Assembly: GCF_003945235.1 (NCBI RefSeq)
Contig: NZ_RSDW01000001.1
Coordinates: 5,160,001-5,192,000, forward strand
DNA length: 32,000 bases
Source of the DNA: Edaphobacter aggregans
GTDB lineage: Bacteria; Acidobacteriota; Terriglobia; Terriglobales; Acidobacteriaceae
Reading direction: 5' to 3'
This document shows, piece by piece, positions 23,301 to 30,868 of the stretch. Below the pieces are notes generated by a model. That model was not told where the DNA came from, ran no database searches, and saw nothing but the letters and a program-made list of their open reading frames with translations. Position 1 is the first letter of the stretch, and each line of letters starts with the position of its first letter. A program made the position numbers and the translations under genes.

Positions 23301-23920
23301 ATATTGAGACCGCCGTCTAAGTAGTACGACACCTGACCGACGAATCCGTCAGTCGATCCGTTTGCGAGGACTTTGATCTCCTGATAGCCGAGGTTATTGA
23401 TGGTGCTGACTGTCTGGACGCCAGGGACGAGTTGGAGGAGGCGGTCGACGTTGCGATTGACCAGCGGAAGGTTTTCGATCTCGACGTTGGAGACGGTTTG
23501 CCCGATGGTGGAGTTGCCGGAGTTCACGAGGGGTACATCGGCTGTGACGTTGACGGTCTCGGTTGCGGTACCGACATCGAGAGAGAGCGACAGCTCTGCG
23601 TTCTGCATGACTGCGAGGACAACTCCGTTGCGTACCAAAGACTTGAACCCAGGTGCCGATACAGAGATTTTGTACGGACCGACCGGAAGGAATTCCTCGC
23701 GATAGGAGCCGTCGTCCTTGACTTTAGCGACGCGGACGAAGTTGGTGTCTGTCTGCGTGAGAGTAATGGTCGCGTTGGGAACGACGGCGCCGGTGGTATC
23801 GGTAATGCTGCCGAATAGAGTGGCGGTGCTGAGCTGCGCTATTGCATTGGTAGTCAATATGGCAGAAGCAAGCACGAGGAGCACGAGCTTCCACTTACTG
23901 AACCTGGGACCCGTAATCAT
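20396..23920 (-). CDS. TonB-dependent receptor with N-terminal carboxypeptidase-regulatory-like domain
   Basis: 1174 aa. Signal peptide ..ILTTNAIAQ. CarboxypepD_reg-like segment ATLFGSITDTTGAVVPNATITLTQTDTNF..GPYKISVSAPGF. Plug-like region ..NVEIENLPLVNRNVDRLLQLVPGV... Long beta-barrel ending ..QVGGRILF with a terminal aromatic residue. GGAGG lies 6 nt upstream of the ATG. Confidence 0.9.
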   Translation of the reverse strand: MITGPRFSKWKLVLLVLASAILTTNAIAQLSTATLFGSITDTTGAVVPNATITLTQTDTNFVRVAKVKDDGSYREEFLPVGPYKISVSAPGFKSLVRNGVVLAVMQNAELSLSLDVGTATETVNVTADVPLVNSGNSTIGQTVSNVEIENLPLVNRNVDRLLQLVPGVQTVSTINNLGYQEIKVLANGSTDGFVGQVSYYLDGGLNMTGLRNSGNQIPNPDAVSQFNVVTNNYSAQLGRYSAAVVSVITKGGTNSFHGSAFEFYRDRNFNAVAHNAGAGAVKSPYNLHRFGATLGGPIRHDKDFFFGSFAGYRFRTTATNSGNLPSAAQLAGNFSENMPSDITKCTDTPSTADNTNIKFLVCNPATGQPFANNTIPTSSLDPTAVNIVKYITTALGKETKQPFRTGDTPYTYRVLEATPEQNEEYLIKTDHQITSSHRLSLSYFLLNYSIRNNLGGFTQAWSYSNYANKQQNANLGDVWTINSRTVNQFWLNYTRQNGGRIPVTSDPTKKTLADFGSDFGVVGAPSLPNISVGGVQGFTLAQAITGPKAGANVYNVRDVLNTTRGKHSLYFGGEAGLEKDFQLTSLNNYGSFTFSTTNGAKFARTTNGLSDFMMGVPAGMGQDTGLYANANWYSFGAFAQDDWRILTNLTLNLGIRYDWQQAPTDPQHMTSNFSPGVQSHAFQNVSIIGTTSKLAPLGMLFPGDPGVPVGGAFTPLNHVSPRLGFAYDPFNNGRTVFHGAAGLFFGGISGNEWEFPSNYAPFAVRNSGYTRVTSLTHPYSNDPTEFPGGVNPYPQLMFDYKNSAATFLPLNQVVTMDPNYRWPYSMQLNFGVQQQFTNSFAMSVYYVGSFNRKTPLYNDINGPQFNITAAGASGASCTDLTKACGYANSSATVNNRRPLNSMFGNSAANPMYSNVWVIRSNQNSNYNGLQVTLEQRLTHRVSARGYYSWSKTLQSNTLDATSGLNGTFVDANFPQLEYRQRSDQDRRNMMTMSFVWKPDYFDGYNRVVRTALNGWTVTGIWTANSGQPFTVTTGNDNYFSGLGNNRPSIIPGKSPHTLPQSSRVGEMKQWFDTTAYCRPGTDAGCAGVGPLGLLGNERPAQLDVPGYRNVDASLFRSFNIRESLQFQFRGEVSNVFNLVNLGTPSAAMNSSTYGQITGSGGSQRIIQVGGRILF

Positions 23921-23947
23921 TTACAGCCTCCAATTAGTCAATCGTTT

Positions 23948-23987
23948 GCCTAGCGGTCTTTAGAAGGATCTAGAGATCGCCTAGCGG
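23948..23987. promoter_or_regulatory. 9-bp perfect direct repeat GCCTAGCGG x2 (31-bp spacing) in the TBDR leader
   Basis: Copies at 23948-23956 and 23979-23987. Three CTAG tetramers fall within 40 bp. The repeat lies between the predicted -10 and the ribosome-binding site of the receptor gene. Confidence 0.25.
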
Positions 23988-24008
23988 GTTTAATTTTGGG
24001 AACGATGA

Positions 24009-24038
24009 AAGATAGTTCGCTGAATGAACAATTGTCAA
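24009..24038 (-). promoter_or_regulatory. Sigma70-like promoter candidate for the TBDR gene
   Basis: On the - strand: a perfect TTGACA (24038 to 24033), an 18-nt spacer, then TATCTT (24014 to 24009). Confidence 0.35.
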
Positions 24039-24054
24039 CATCCTTATCGGCCAT

Positions 24055-24100
24055 TTAAGAAAAAATGTAAACGCAGCGATTCCCCGCATCAATCGCGGCG
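24055..24100 (-). terminator. Probable intrinsic terminator after the GH2 gene
   Basis: A 10-bp stem with one mismatch, CGCAGCGATT (24072-24081) / AATCGCGGCG (24091-24100), and a 9-nt loop. On the - strand it is followed by TTTACATTTTTTCTT. Confidence 0.45.
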
Positions 24101-24120
24101 ATTAATGAAACCGGTTACGT

Positions 24121-26652
24121 TCAGGCGATCGTAGAGAATGCGCTGGGAATATCGGCCGAACTGACCGCAGCGACAGTCTGTCCGGTAGGGCTTTTTTCGA
24201 GGGTGATCTCGGCGCGGCCGTTGTAGAGCTGCACGACTCGCGAACCGGATGGGGTGCCCATGTTGTCGATGAGCTTGCCGCCGCCCGCCAGGCTGAAGCG
24301 AACCTGGTTGCGGGCGTCGAGGCAGATAACTCCCTTGTCATCATAGAGTTTCGCTTCAATGGTGACTCTGTTTCCGGCGCGATTTTTTTCGTTAAGCTTG
24401 AGGGTGGTGGGGGGACCCCAGGTTTCGGTCTGATAATCGAACACCAGCTCGTCGATGACCGTCGTTGAGCCTCGCTTGGCGACGACGCGGAGATGGTTGT
24501 TACCTGCTACAAATGGGGTCATCCAGCGTAGACCTGCGGCAGGGAAGTCCTGACTGTCGCGGTGGCGCACACCGGCGGACTTGCCGTTGACGAAGAGCTC
24601 AGCGGTCTCGCAGTTGGAATACACCTTCACCATCTTTTCCTCGTTAGGCTCACCCCAGCGGATGGGCCAGGTGTGTCCGTAGAGGCGCACCATGGGGACG
24701 TCGGTCCAGTAGGACTGGAAGACGTAGAAGGCCTCCTTTTTTTGCATGTCGCGGGTGACGACGCCTTTCTGGTTGACGCGTGGGACGGGGTTTTCGACAC
24801 GCAGGGGAGTGGTGAAGTCCTTGAAGATCCACTGGGCCGAGCCGGTGAACCAGGGGAGGGTTTGCTGCACTTTGAGGTGCCAGTCGAAGAGGTTGCAGGC
24901 GTAGGTTTCGGACCAGTCGCCGTCCTTGGAGACGCGGGCTTCGCCGCCGGTGTTCATGTAGGCGAGGCCGCGCTCGTCGGTGCCGTGGCCGGTCGCAATC
25001 TTGGCGAGGACCTTGTCTGGGTTCTCGGAGTGGCGGCCGGCGTGGCTGTCGGCTCCCCACTCGGCATGGAAGAGATGATTGACCCGCTCGCGCTGTGTTT
25101 CGAGGGATTTCTGGTACTCGGGGAAGGTGCCGCTGTACCAGCCGGCCCAGATGGAGGGCGAGTAGACGTCGGGGATGTCGCGGGCGAAGTCGAGGCGACG
25201 GATGGTGGTGAGACGCGAAGGGTCGAGCTGGTGGGACAGGTCGCGAAGTTCGGTGAGGAAGGCGCGGATCTCAGGCTGGTTGATCTCGGGATACTCGGTG
25301 GGCCAGTCGTTCTCGTTGCCGAGGCCCCAGAGGAGGATGCTGGGGTGGTTGTGGTGCTGGGCGATCATGTTGCGAAGCACGCGGCGCGCCATCTCTTTGA
25401 AGATGTCGTTGCCGACGCCTCCGCGGCACCAGGGGATCTCTTCCCAGACAAGGATGCCGAGGCGGTCGCAGTGCTCGAGGACGCGGCGCGACTGCTGGTA
25501 GTGGGCGAGTCGGATGAAGTTCGCGCCCATGTCCTTGATGAGCTGCATCTCCTGGTCGATGAGATCGTCGGGCATCGCTGCTGCGTAGCCTGCGTGATCT
25601 TCGTGACGATGAGTTCCGCGGAGTAGGAGGCGTTCGCCGTTGAGCTTGAAGGGGCCGTGGTCGACCCACTCGGTATGGCGAATGCCGAAGGTTTCGTGTG
25701 CGACGTATTCGCCGGTGGGGCTGGTGAGGGTGATGCGGCATTGGTAGAGGTGAGGTGAGGAGGGGCTCCAGAGCTCGGGTGTAGCTACGCGGAAGGTGAC
25801 GATCTCACTGGCCGCGGTCCACGGCTTCATCGTGTGTTTAGATCTGTGGACGGAAGCTCCTTTGGCGTTGAGGACTTCGACGACGACTTCGAGGGGATCG
25901 ATTGTGCCGGTGGGGTTGTAGAGGGTCGCCACTATGGATATATCGGCCGGGGCCTTGGGGGAGGCGAGCTTTGTCTGCACGTGCACGGTCTCGAAGGAGA
26001 CGGCAGGGACGTAGACGAGGTTGACATGACGGTACATGCCGCCGTAGAGGCTGAAGTCGCTGAAGTCGGAGGGGATCCGGTCGAGGTCGCGGGAGTTGTC
26101 GCACAAGACGGCGATGGGGACGCCTGCGGGCTGCTTCTTCGATTTGGGTTTGGGGGCTGGGTTCGTGGATGGTGCAGCGTTGTTGAGAAACGGAGGGAGA
26201 AGGTCGGTGATGTCGAAGACGAACTCGTCGTAGCCGCCGACGTGCTTGCCTGCGAGCGCTTCGCCGACGTAGACAGTGGTTGCCTGGCCTGCGCCCTCAA
26301 AGTGGAGCAGGGTACGTCCGCCCTTATACGGATTCGTGATGGGTGCGTGGGTGCGGTACCAGCCGTTGCCTCGGTAGTAGGGGACGTCCGGGTCGCAGCC
26401 ATCGTATGCGTTGAAGCAGTGAGGCATTGCCACGGGCTGCCATGTGGCGAGCTCTTCGCTGTGCCATGCCTCCCACGGGCTGGCCAGTGGACCCTGAAAG
26501 TACTCCCAGCCTGTTGTGAGGCGCGTGGATACGGGGCTGTCTGCAGATGCCTGGGCCAGCGTAGCAATCGAAGCACTGAGCGATGGGCGTGGCAGCAACG
26601 AGACCGCAGCTACGGTCGCACTGGACTTCAAGAATTGCCTGCGGGAGTACAT
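24121..26652 (-). CDS. Glycoside hydrolase family 2 protein (beta-galactosidase/beta-glucuronidase-like), TAT-exported
   Basis: Twin-arginine signal MYSRRQFLKSSATVAAVSLL from ATG 26652. GH2 TIM-barrel blocks are MGANFIRLAHYQQS and NHPSILLWGLGNEND (acid/base Glu). LFHAEWGADSH carries the nucleophile-type Glu. C-terminal beta-sandwich domains follow. Confidence 0.88.
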   Translation of the reverse strand: MYSRRQFLKSSATVAAVSLLPRPSLSASIATLAQASADSPVSTRLTTGWEYFQGPLASPWEAWHSEELATWQPVAMPHCFNAYDGCDPDVPYYRGNGWYRTHAPITNPYKGGRTLLHFEGAGQATTVYVGEALAGKHVGGYDEFVFDITDLLPPFLNNAAPSTNPAPKPKSKKQPAGVPIAVLCDNSRDLDRIPSDFSDFSLYGGMYRHVNLVYVPAVSFETVHVQTKLASPKAPADISIVATLYNPTGTIDPLEVVVEVLNAKGASVHRSKHTMKPWTAASEIVTFRVATPELWSPSSPHLYQCRITLTSPTGEYVAHETFGIRHTEWVDHGPFKLNGERLLLRGTHRHEDHAGYAAAMPDDLIDQEMQLIKDMGANFIRLAHYQQSRRVLEHCDRLGILVWEEIPWCRGGVGNDIFKEMARRVLRNMIAQHHNHPSILLWGLGNENDWPTEYPEINQPEIRAFLTELRDLSHQLDPSRLTTIRRLDFARDIPDVYSPSIWAGWYSGTFPEYQKSLETQRERVNHLFHAEWGADSHAGRHSENPDKVLAKIATGHGTDERGLAYMNTGGEARVSKDGDWSETYACNLFDWHLKVQQTLPWFTGSAQWIFKDFTTPLRVENPVPRVNQKGVVTRDMQKKEAFYVFQSYWTDVPMVRLYGHTWPIRWGEPNEEKMVKVYSNCETAELFVNGKSAGVRHRDSQDFPAAGLRWMTPFVAGNNHLRVVAKRGSTTVIDELVFDYQTETWGPPTTLKLNEKNRAGNRVTIEAKLYDDKGVICLDARNQVRFSLAGGGKLIDNMGTPSGSRVVQLYNGRAEITLEKSPTGQTVAAVSSADIPSAFSTIA

Positions 26653-26907
26653 GAACGTGATTGCTCCTGAATTGCTCGTGGGAAAAACTGAAATATGGGG
26701 TGCCCGGAGTGTATTTGTCGCCATATAATTCACAGCGTCTACAAAATGCCGGACTCAAGTGGTATAAAGACTCGTTGCAGGTGATGTCAAGAGATGAAGC
26801 CGTAACTCCGATCTCATGATGAAGGAACTGTTTTATTAGGAAAAATGGGGTCTCGCGTTACTGCCGCCTGCTGTTTTGTAGCTCTATGCCGGAAAGTCAA
26901 GATTAAA

Positions 26908-28080
26908 ATGTCCATACCGCCGACACAAACATTTTCGCTTACAAGAAAGCAGAGCGCGTCCAACAAGACGCCGCGGCAGATCAACCGGAATCTCGTGTTC
27001 AATCTCATCCGTACGCGCCAGCCGATTTCGCGAGCCGACCTTGCCCGCGTATCTGGCCTGCAGCGCAGCACGATCTCTTTGATTGTTGAGGACCTGATCC
27101 GCGACCGGTGGATTCTTGAAGGATCGACTGGTCGGCTGCCCCGCGGACGGAGGCCAACCTTTCTTGAACTTAACCACCAGCGTGCCGTGATCGCGGTGGA
27201 CATCCATCCTTCGCAGACGACGGTTGCGGTGACGGATCTTGGTGGCAGGATTGTCGCGCAGAACGTGGTTGCTCTGCCTGTTGATCCGGCCAAGGCGATT
27301 CAGCCGATGATTACCGCCATCCGCAAACTGATCGCGGATCATAGCGAAAAGTCATTCGACGGAATCGGCATCAGTCTTCCGGGACGTACGGATCCGCTGT
27401 TGGAGAAACTCATCTTTGCGCCGAACCTGAATTGGCCGGTGCTAAGCCTGAAGTCCCGTATCCAGCGGTCCACTGGTTTGCGCGTGGAGATGGACAACGT
27501 GGCCAATGCGTGCGCGCTCTCCGAGGTGTGGTTTGGCGACAGCGATGGCGTTCATGACCTGGTCGTCGTCAATGTGTCGGAGGGGATTGGGACGGGGATC
27601 TTCTCGAACGGACGTTTGCTGCGCGGCGCTAATGGCATGGCTGGCGAGTTCGGTCACGTCGAGATGGAACACAATGGGCATCCTTGTGGCTGTGGCGGGC
27701 GGGGTTGTTGGGAGACGCTTGCTTCCAATCGTGCGGGCCTCCGCTACTACAAAGAACTCAACGGAGGCAGCGTTCCGCAGAGTTTTGCTGCGCTGGTGAA
27801 GATGGCGCAGGCGGATGATGCCAACGCGATCAAAGCTCTGGAGAAGATGTCTTCTTTTCTCGGCCGAGGACTGCGCATGATCGCGTCGGCGCTGGCTCCA
27901 AGCGAGATCATCATCGTGGGAGACATTACCGCTGCTTGGCACATGTTCGGCCCGAAGGTTGAAGCCGAATTTAAACGGAACTCACTCTCAAAGGCGCCGA
28001 AACTCAGGCCCTCCTTTGAGGGCAACACGGCCCGCTTACGCAGTGCTGTTGCGCTGGTGATGAACGAAGGTCCGGTCTAA
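26908..28080 (+). CDS. ROK-family transcriptional regulator (NagC/XylR-like)
   Basis: N-terminal wHTH NRNLVFNLIRTRQPISRADLARVSGLQRSTISLIVEDLI. ROK signature with zinc site GMAGEFGHVEMEHNGHPCGCGGRGCWETLAS. The likely start is ATG 26908 (MSIPPTQ..). Confidence 0.9.
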   Translation: MSIPPTQTFSLTRKQSASNKTPRQINRNLVFNLIRTRQPISRADLARVSGLQRSTISLIVEDLIRDRWILEGSTGRLPRGRRPTFLELNHQRAVIAVDIHPSQTTVAVTDLGGRIVAQNVVALPVDPAKAIQPMITAIRKLIADHSEKSFDGIGISLPGRTDPLLEKLIFAPNLNWPVLSLKSRIQRSTGLRVEMDNVANACALSEVWFGDSDGVHDLVVVNVSEGIGTGIFSNGRLLRGANGMAGEFGHVEMEHNGHPCGCGGRGCWETLASNRAGLRYYKELNGGSVPQSFAALVKMAQADDANAIKALEKMSSFLGRGLRMIASALAPSEIIIVGDITAAWHMFGPKVEAEFKRNSLSKAPKLRPSFEGNTARLRSAVALVMNEGPV

Positions 28081-28096
28081 ACAACAAAAGGAAAAA

Positions 28097-29353
28097 TTGA
28101 CTATGTTTGCTGTAGATGTGTCTACGACATTCGGTGCCGAGGCCGAATGCAGGTATCGCCGTTCGAATTTGGCAAGTGCACTTGTACTGGGTGCTTTCCT
28201 TGGAACCGCGTGTTTTTCTTCGATGGCGCAAACTGCTCCTGCTGCTCAGCCGACGGGGAAGGTTGTTCCGGTGGACGGCTATGCCGCCGGAGACCAGCCT
28301 GACAATCCCGGACCTCTGGCGACTGATCTCTCTCCTGAGATCAAGTCCAAAGCCATCGTCGCGGCGATGAAGAAAGTTGCGGACTGGCAGGTGGCGTATG
28401 CCGAGCCGAAGTTCAATAAACAGTGGACGTTTGCCGCACTGTATGACGGCTTGCTTGCTGCCTCGAAGACTACAGGCGATCCGAAGTATCGCGATGCCGT
28501 ACTACATCTGGCGGAGCGGTCGGACTGGACATTGATTGATAATCGCTTTCCTCATGCGGATGATCAGGCGCTCGGCAAGGCCTACATGGAACTGTATCTC
28601 GACGATCCCAAGAGTGATCGCAAGCCGATTCGTATGGCGAATACGAAGGAGATCATGGACCGGCTTGTTGTAAGGCCGGATGATCCGAACAAGCTGTTGT
28701 GGTGGTGGTGCGATGCGCTCTACATGGCGCCGCCTGTGCTTTCGCGCGTGTATCTGGCGACTGGTGACAAGAAGTATCTCGACTATATGGATCGTCAGTG
28801 GTGGCTTACCTCGGATCTACTGTTCGACAAGGAAGAACACCTCTATTTCCGCGACAGCCGTTACCTGACGCAGAAGCAGGCTAATGGGCAGAAACTGTTC
28901 TGGTCGCGCGGCAATGGCTGGGTGCTTGGTGGGCTAGTAAAGGTGCTTCAGATCATGCCGAAGGACTATCCAAGCAGGCCGAAGTATGTTGAACAGTACA
29001 AGCAAATGGCTGCGAGAGTAGCAGCGATTCAGGGCAAGGATGGCTTGTGGCGATCGGGGCTGCTCGACCCTGATGCGTATGAGCTGCCGGAGATCTCGGG
29101 TTCGGCCTTCTTTACGTATGCAATTGCTTATGGGATCAACGAGAACATCCTCGACCGCAAGACTTATCTGCCTGTGGTGGAGAAGTCGTGGAAGGGTATG
29201 TTGAGCCACATCTACGCTGATGGACGGTTGGGTTCGATTCAGCCGATCGATGGGCAGCCAGGTAAGTTCAAGCCGTCTTCGAGCTATGTCTTCGGTGTCG
29301 GCGGATTTTTGCTGGCCGGTTCTGAGATGAATCGGTTGGCCGGTAAGCACTAA
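28097..29353 (+). CDS. Glycoside hydrolase family 88/105 protein (unsaturated glucuronyl / rhamnogalacturonyl hydrolase type, PF07470-like)
   Basis: Blocks LLWWWCDALYMAPPVL, FWSRGNGWVLGGLVKVL, DGLWRSGLLDP and SGSAFFTYAIAYGI are typical of the (alpha/alpha)6 YteR/UGL fold. It has an N-terminal signal sequence. It starts 16 nt after the ROK gene (TTG 28097 or ATG 28103). Confidence 0.85.
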   Translation: MTMFAVDVSTTFGAEAECRYRRSNLASALVLGAFLGTACFSSMAQTAPAAQPTGKVVPVDGYAAGDQPDNPGPLATDLSPEIKSKAIVAAMKKVADWQVAYAEPKFNKQWTFAALYDGLLAASKTTGDPKYRDAVLHLAERSDWTLIDNRFPHADDQALGKAYMELYLDDPKSDRKPIRMANTKEIMDRLVVRPDDPNKLLWWWCDALYMAPPVLSRVYLATGDKKYLDYMDRQWWLTSDLLFDKEEHLYFRDSRYLTQKQANGQKLFWSRGNGWVLGGLVKVLQIMPKDYPSRPKYVEQYKQMAARVAAIQGKDGLWRSGLLDPDAYELPEISGSAFFTYAIAYGINENILDRKTYLPVVEKSWKGMLSHIYADGRLGSIQPIDGQPGKFKPSSSYVFGVGGFLLAGSEMNRLAGKH

Positions 29354-29378
29354 GACCTTCGCGGTAGTTTGCAGGATA

Positions 29379-29428
29379 AAGAGCCGCTGCTGTCGTTCTT
29401 CGAATCGAAGGCGACGGAAGCGGCTCTT
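29379..29428. terminator. Long imperfect hairpin between convergent genes (probable bidirectional terminator)
   Basis: AAGAGCCGCT (29379-29388) pairs with AGCGGCTCTT (29419-29428). Inner GTCG/CGAC and TTCGA/TCGAA pairings add to the stem. It sits between the GH88/105 stop and the lyase stop. The T-tracts are weak. Confidence 0.5.
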
Positions 29429-29437
29429 CTACGTCTG

Positions 29438-30655
29438 CTAGGCTTTGGCTGGGACCGTTGACTTCGTCACCCATAGGAGCGGCTGGCGGATAGGGAAGTT
29501 TCGGATGACTTCGGGGACAACGGGGTCGGGGTTCAGCGTCTTCCAGAGGGCGATGTAGTTCGGTTGTGTATAAGCGATGCCCGAGAAGAGGAGCGCCGGG
29601 TTACGAACGGGAAAGTCCTCGAAGTGCTCGACGTCATGCGCGAAGGGCCATGCGCTGCGGTCTTTAATGAAGGGGTACATGAATTCCATCATCTTGCGAA
29701 TGCCACGACCGTCGGGGGTCGCGAAGCTCCAAAGGCTGTCCTTTTCTGTTGACAAGCTTTGTGCAAGGCCGCAGAGCACATCCATGTTGAAGAGAGAGTA
29801 GCTATAAGGTTTGGTTCGAGCCAACTCCAGCGGAAGACTACCGTCGGGGGCGACCTGGTGGGGGACCAGAGTGGTGCGGAAGCGGTCGCGACACCACGCC
29901 ATGACCTCGTCGTTGCCGGTGAAACGGGCGAATTCGCCAGCCTGAAGGACCCAGCAGGTGCCATGGTTGTTGTTGGCATCGCGCTCCTCTTGTCCGTTCT
30001 TTGAGGTGCGCATCCAATCGAGGTACTGGACGAACCAGCTTCGAACTTCCCCAGAACCGGTGAGAGCGCTGGCTTCGGTCAACAACGTTGCGGCACGGGC
30101 GACCTCGACCAATTGTAGGGTGTCGATGATGCCGATGCCGCGTCCTTTGTTCACGCCGAAGATCGCCTGCGCGTGTTCCAGGTTTGGATTCATCCTGGTT
30201 GCCGCATCTACGAACCAGGCGCGAAGATGCTTACCCGCGTGGTCAGCATACTTTTTCTGTCTGGTTAGAACCCAGGCGGCTGTTAGCGCAGGTACGATCA
30301 GGCTAAGTCGCACCATGGCCTCGCGATGCTCGTTGAAGTTGGCAGGGTTGGAGAAGCCGTCGCGACGAATGTAGGGACCGCCCGGATTCTTTGGATCGGG
30401 CCACCAGTAGTCGCCTTCGGAGTAGAAGTCGTGTGGGCCGCCGGGGCTTCGGTCGCATTTGGCGGCCGTCACCGTGATGGGCTGTGCCGAAAGATATTTG
30501 TCTGCTGCGGCAAAGATACGAGCGCGATCGGTGAGAGCGACAAGGCCGAAGAGGGAGCCGGCAGACGGCTCTGTTGCCCAGGCAGGTGCGAGGGCAACGC
30601 TGGCCGCAGTGGCTCCGGCAATCGAACAAAACTCCCGTCGGGTTAGAACTTTCAT
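29438..30655 (-). CDS. Alginate-lyase-family (PF05426-like, alpha/alpha toroid) polysaccharide lyase, TAT-type signal
   Basis: Signal MKVLTRREFCSIAGATAASVALAPAWA. Blocks DYWWPDP, GIGIIDT, NNNHGTCWVLQ (compare the NNHSYW block of PL5 lyases) and APDGSLPLELARTKPYSYSLFNM. Confidence 0.75.
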   Translation of the reverse strand: MKVLTRREFCSIAGATAASVALAPAWATEPSAGSLFGLVALTDRARIFAAADKYLSAQPITVTAAKCDRSPGGPHDFYSEGDYWWPDPKNPGGPYIRRDGFSNPANFNEHREAMVRLSLIVPALTAAWVLTRQKKYADHAGKHLRAWFVDAATRMNPNLEHAQAIFGVNKGRGIGIIDTLQLVEVARAATLLTEASALTGSGEVRSWFVQYLDWMRTSKNGQEERDANNNHGTCWVLQAGEFARFTGNDEVMAWCRDRFRTTLVPHQVAPDGSLPLELARTKPYSYSLFNMDVLCGLAQSLSTEKDSLWSFATPDGRGIRKMMEFMYPFIKDRSAWPFAHDVEHFEDFPVRNPALLFSGIAYTQPNYIALWKTLNPDPVVPEVIRNFPIRQPLLWVTKSTVPAKA

Positions 30656-30799
30656 CCTTCAGTATTACCTTTCGCTGGCGGAAGATTTCGGGTTTGCAGC
30701 GAGTGCCAATCTGCACCCGTCGAATGATAACGGCTTCTATGCAAAAGAACATCAGGGAGCTCATAAGACAAAGAATTTACTGGACTTTCATGCTATGTC

Positions 30800-30829
30800 T
30801 TGACGAAATGAATGACCATTCAGTATGCT
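30800..30829 (+). promoter_or_regulatory. Sigma70-like promoter candidate for the 3-hydroxyacyl-CoA dehydrogenase gene
   Basis: TTGACG (30800-30805), an 18-nt spacer containing the inverted repeat GAATGaccATTC, then TATGCT (30824-30829). GGAG lies 8 nt upstream of ATG 30869. Confidence 0.3.
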
Positions 30830-30868
30830 TCATCGCGTTCGGGAATATTTCCCATCGGAGCCTGCCTG

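Noticed and set aside
24562-26670. ORFs 24562..25626 +, 25834..26670 +, 25932..26576 - and 25271..25741 - inside the GH2 gene.
   Set aside because: Shadow ORFs. Only the 24121..26652 - frame has GH2 catalytic blocks and a TAT signal.
26746-26901. The repeated motif ATGCCGGA..TCAAG (26746-26759 and 26886-26901) and AAAtATGGGGT / AAAAATGGGGT in the GH2 / ROK divergent region, as possible ROK operators.
   Set aside because: An 8-mer recurring once within about 250 bp is roughly what chance predicts. The motifs are not palindromic or AT-rich like known NagC/Mlc-type operators.
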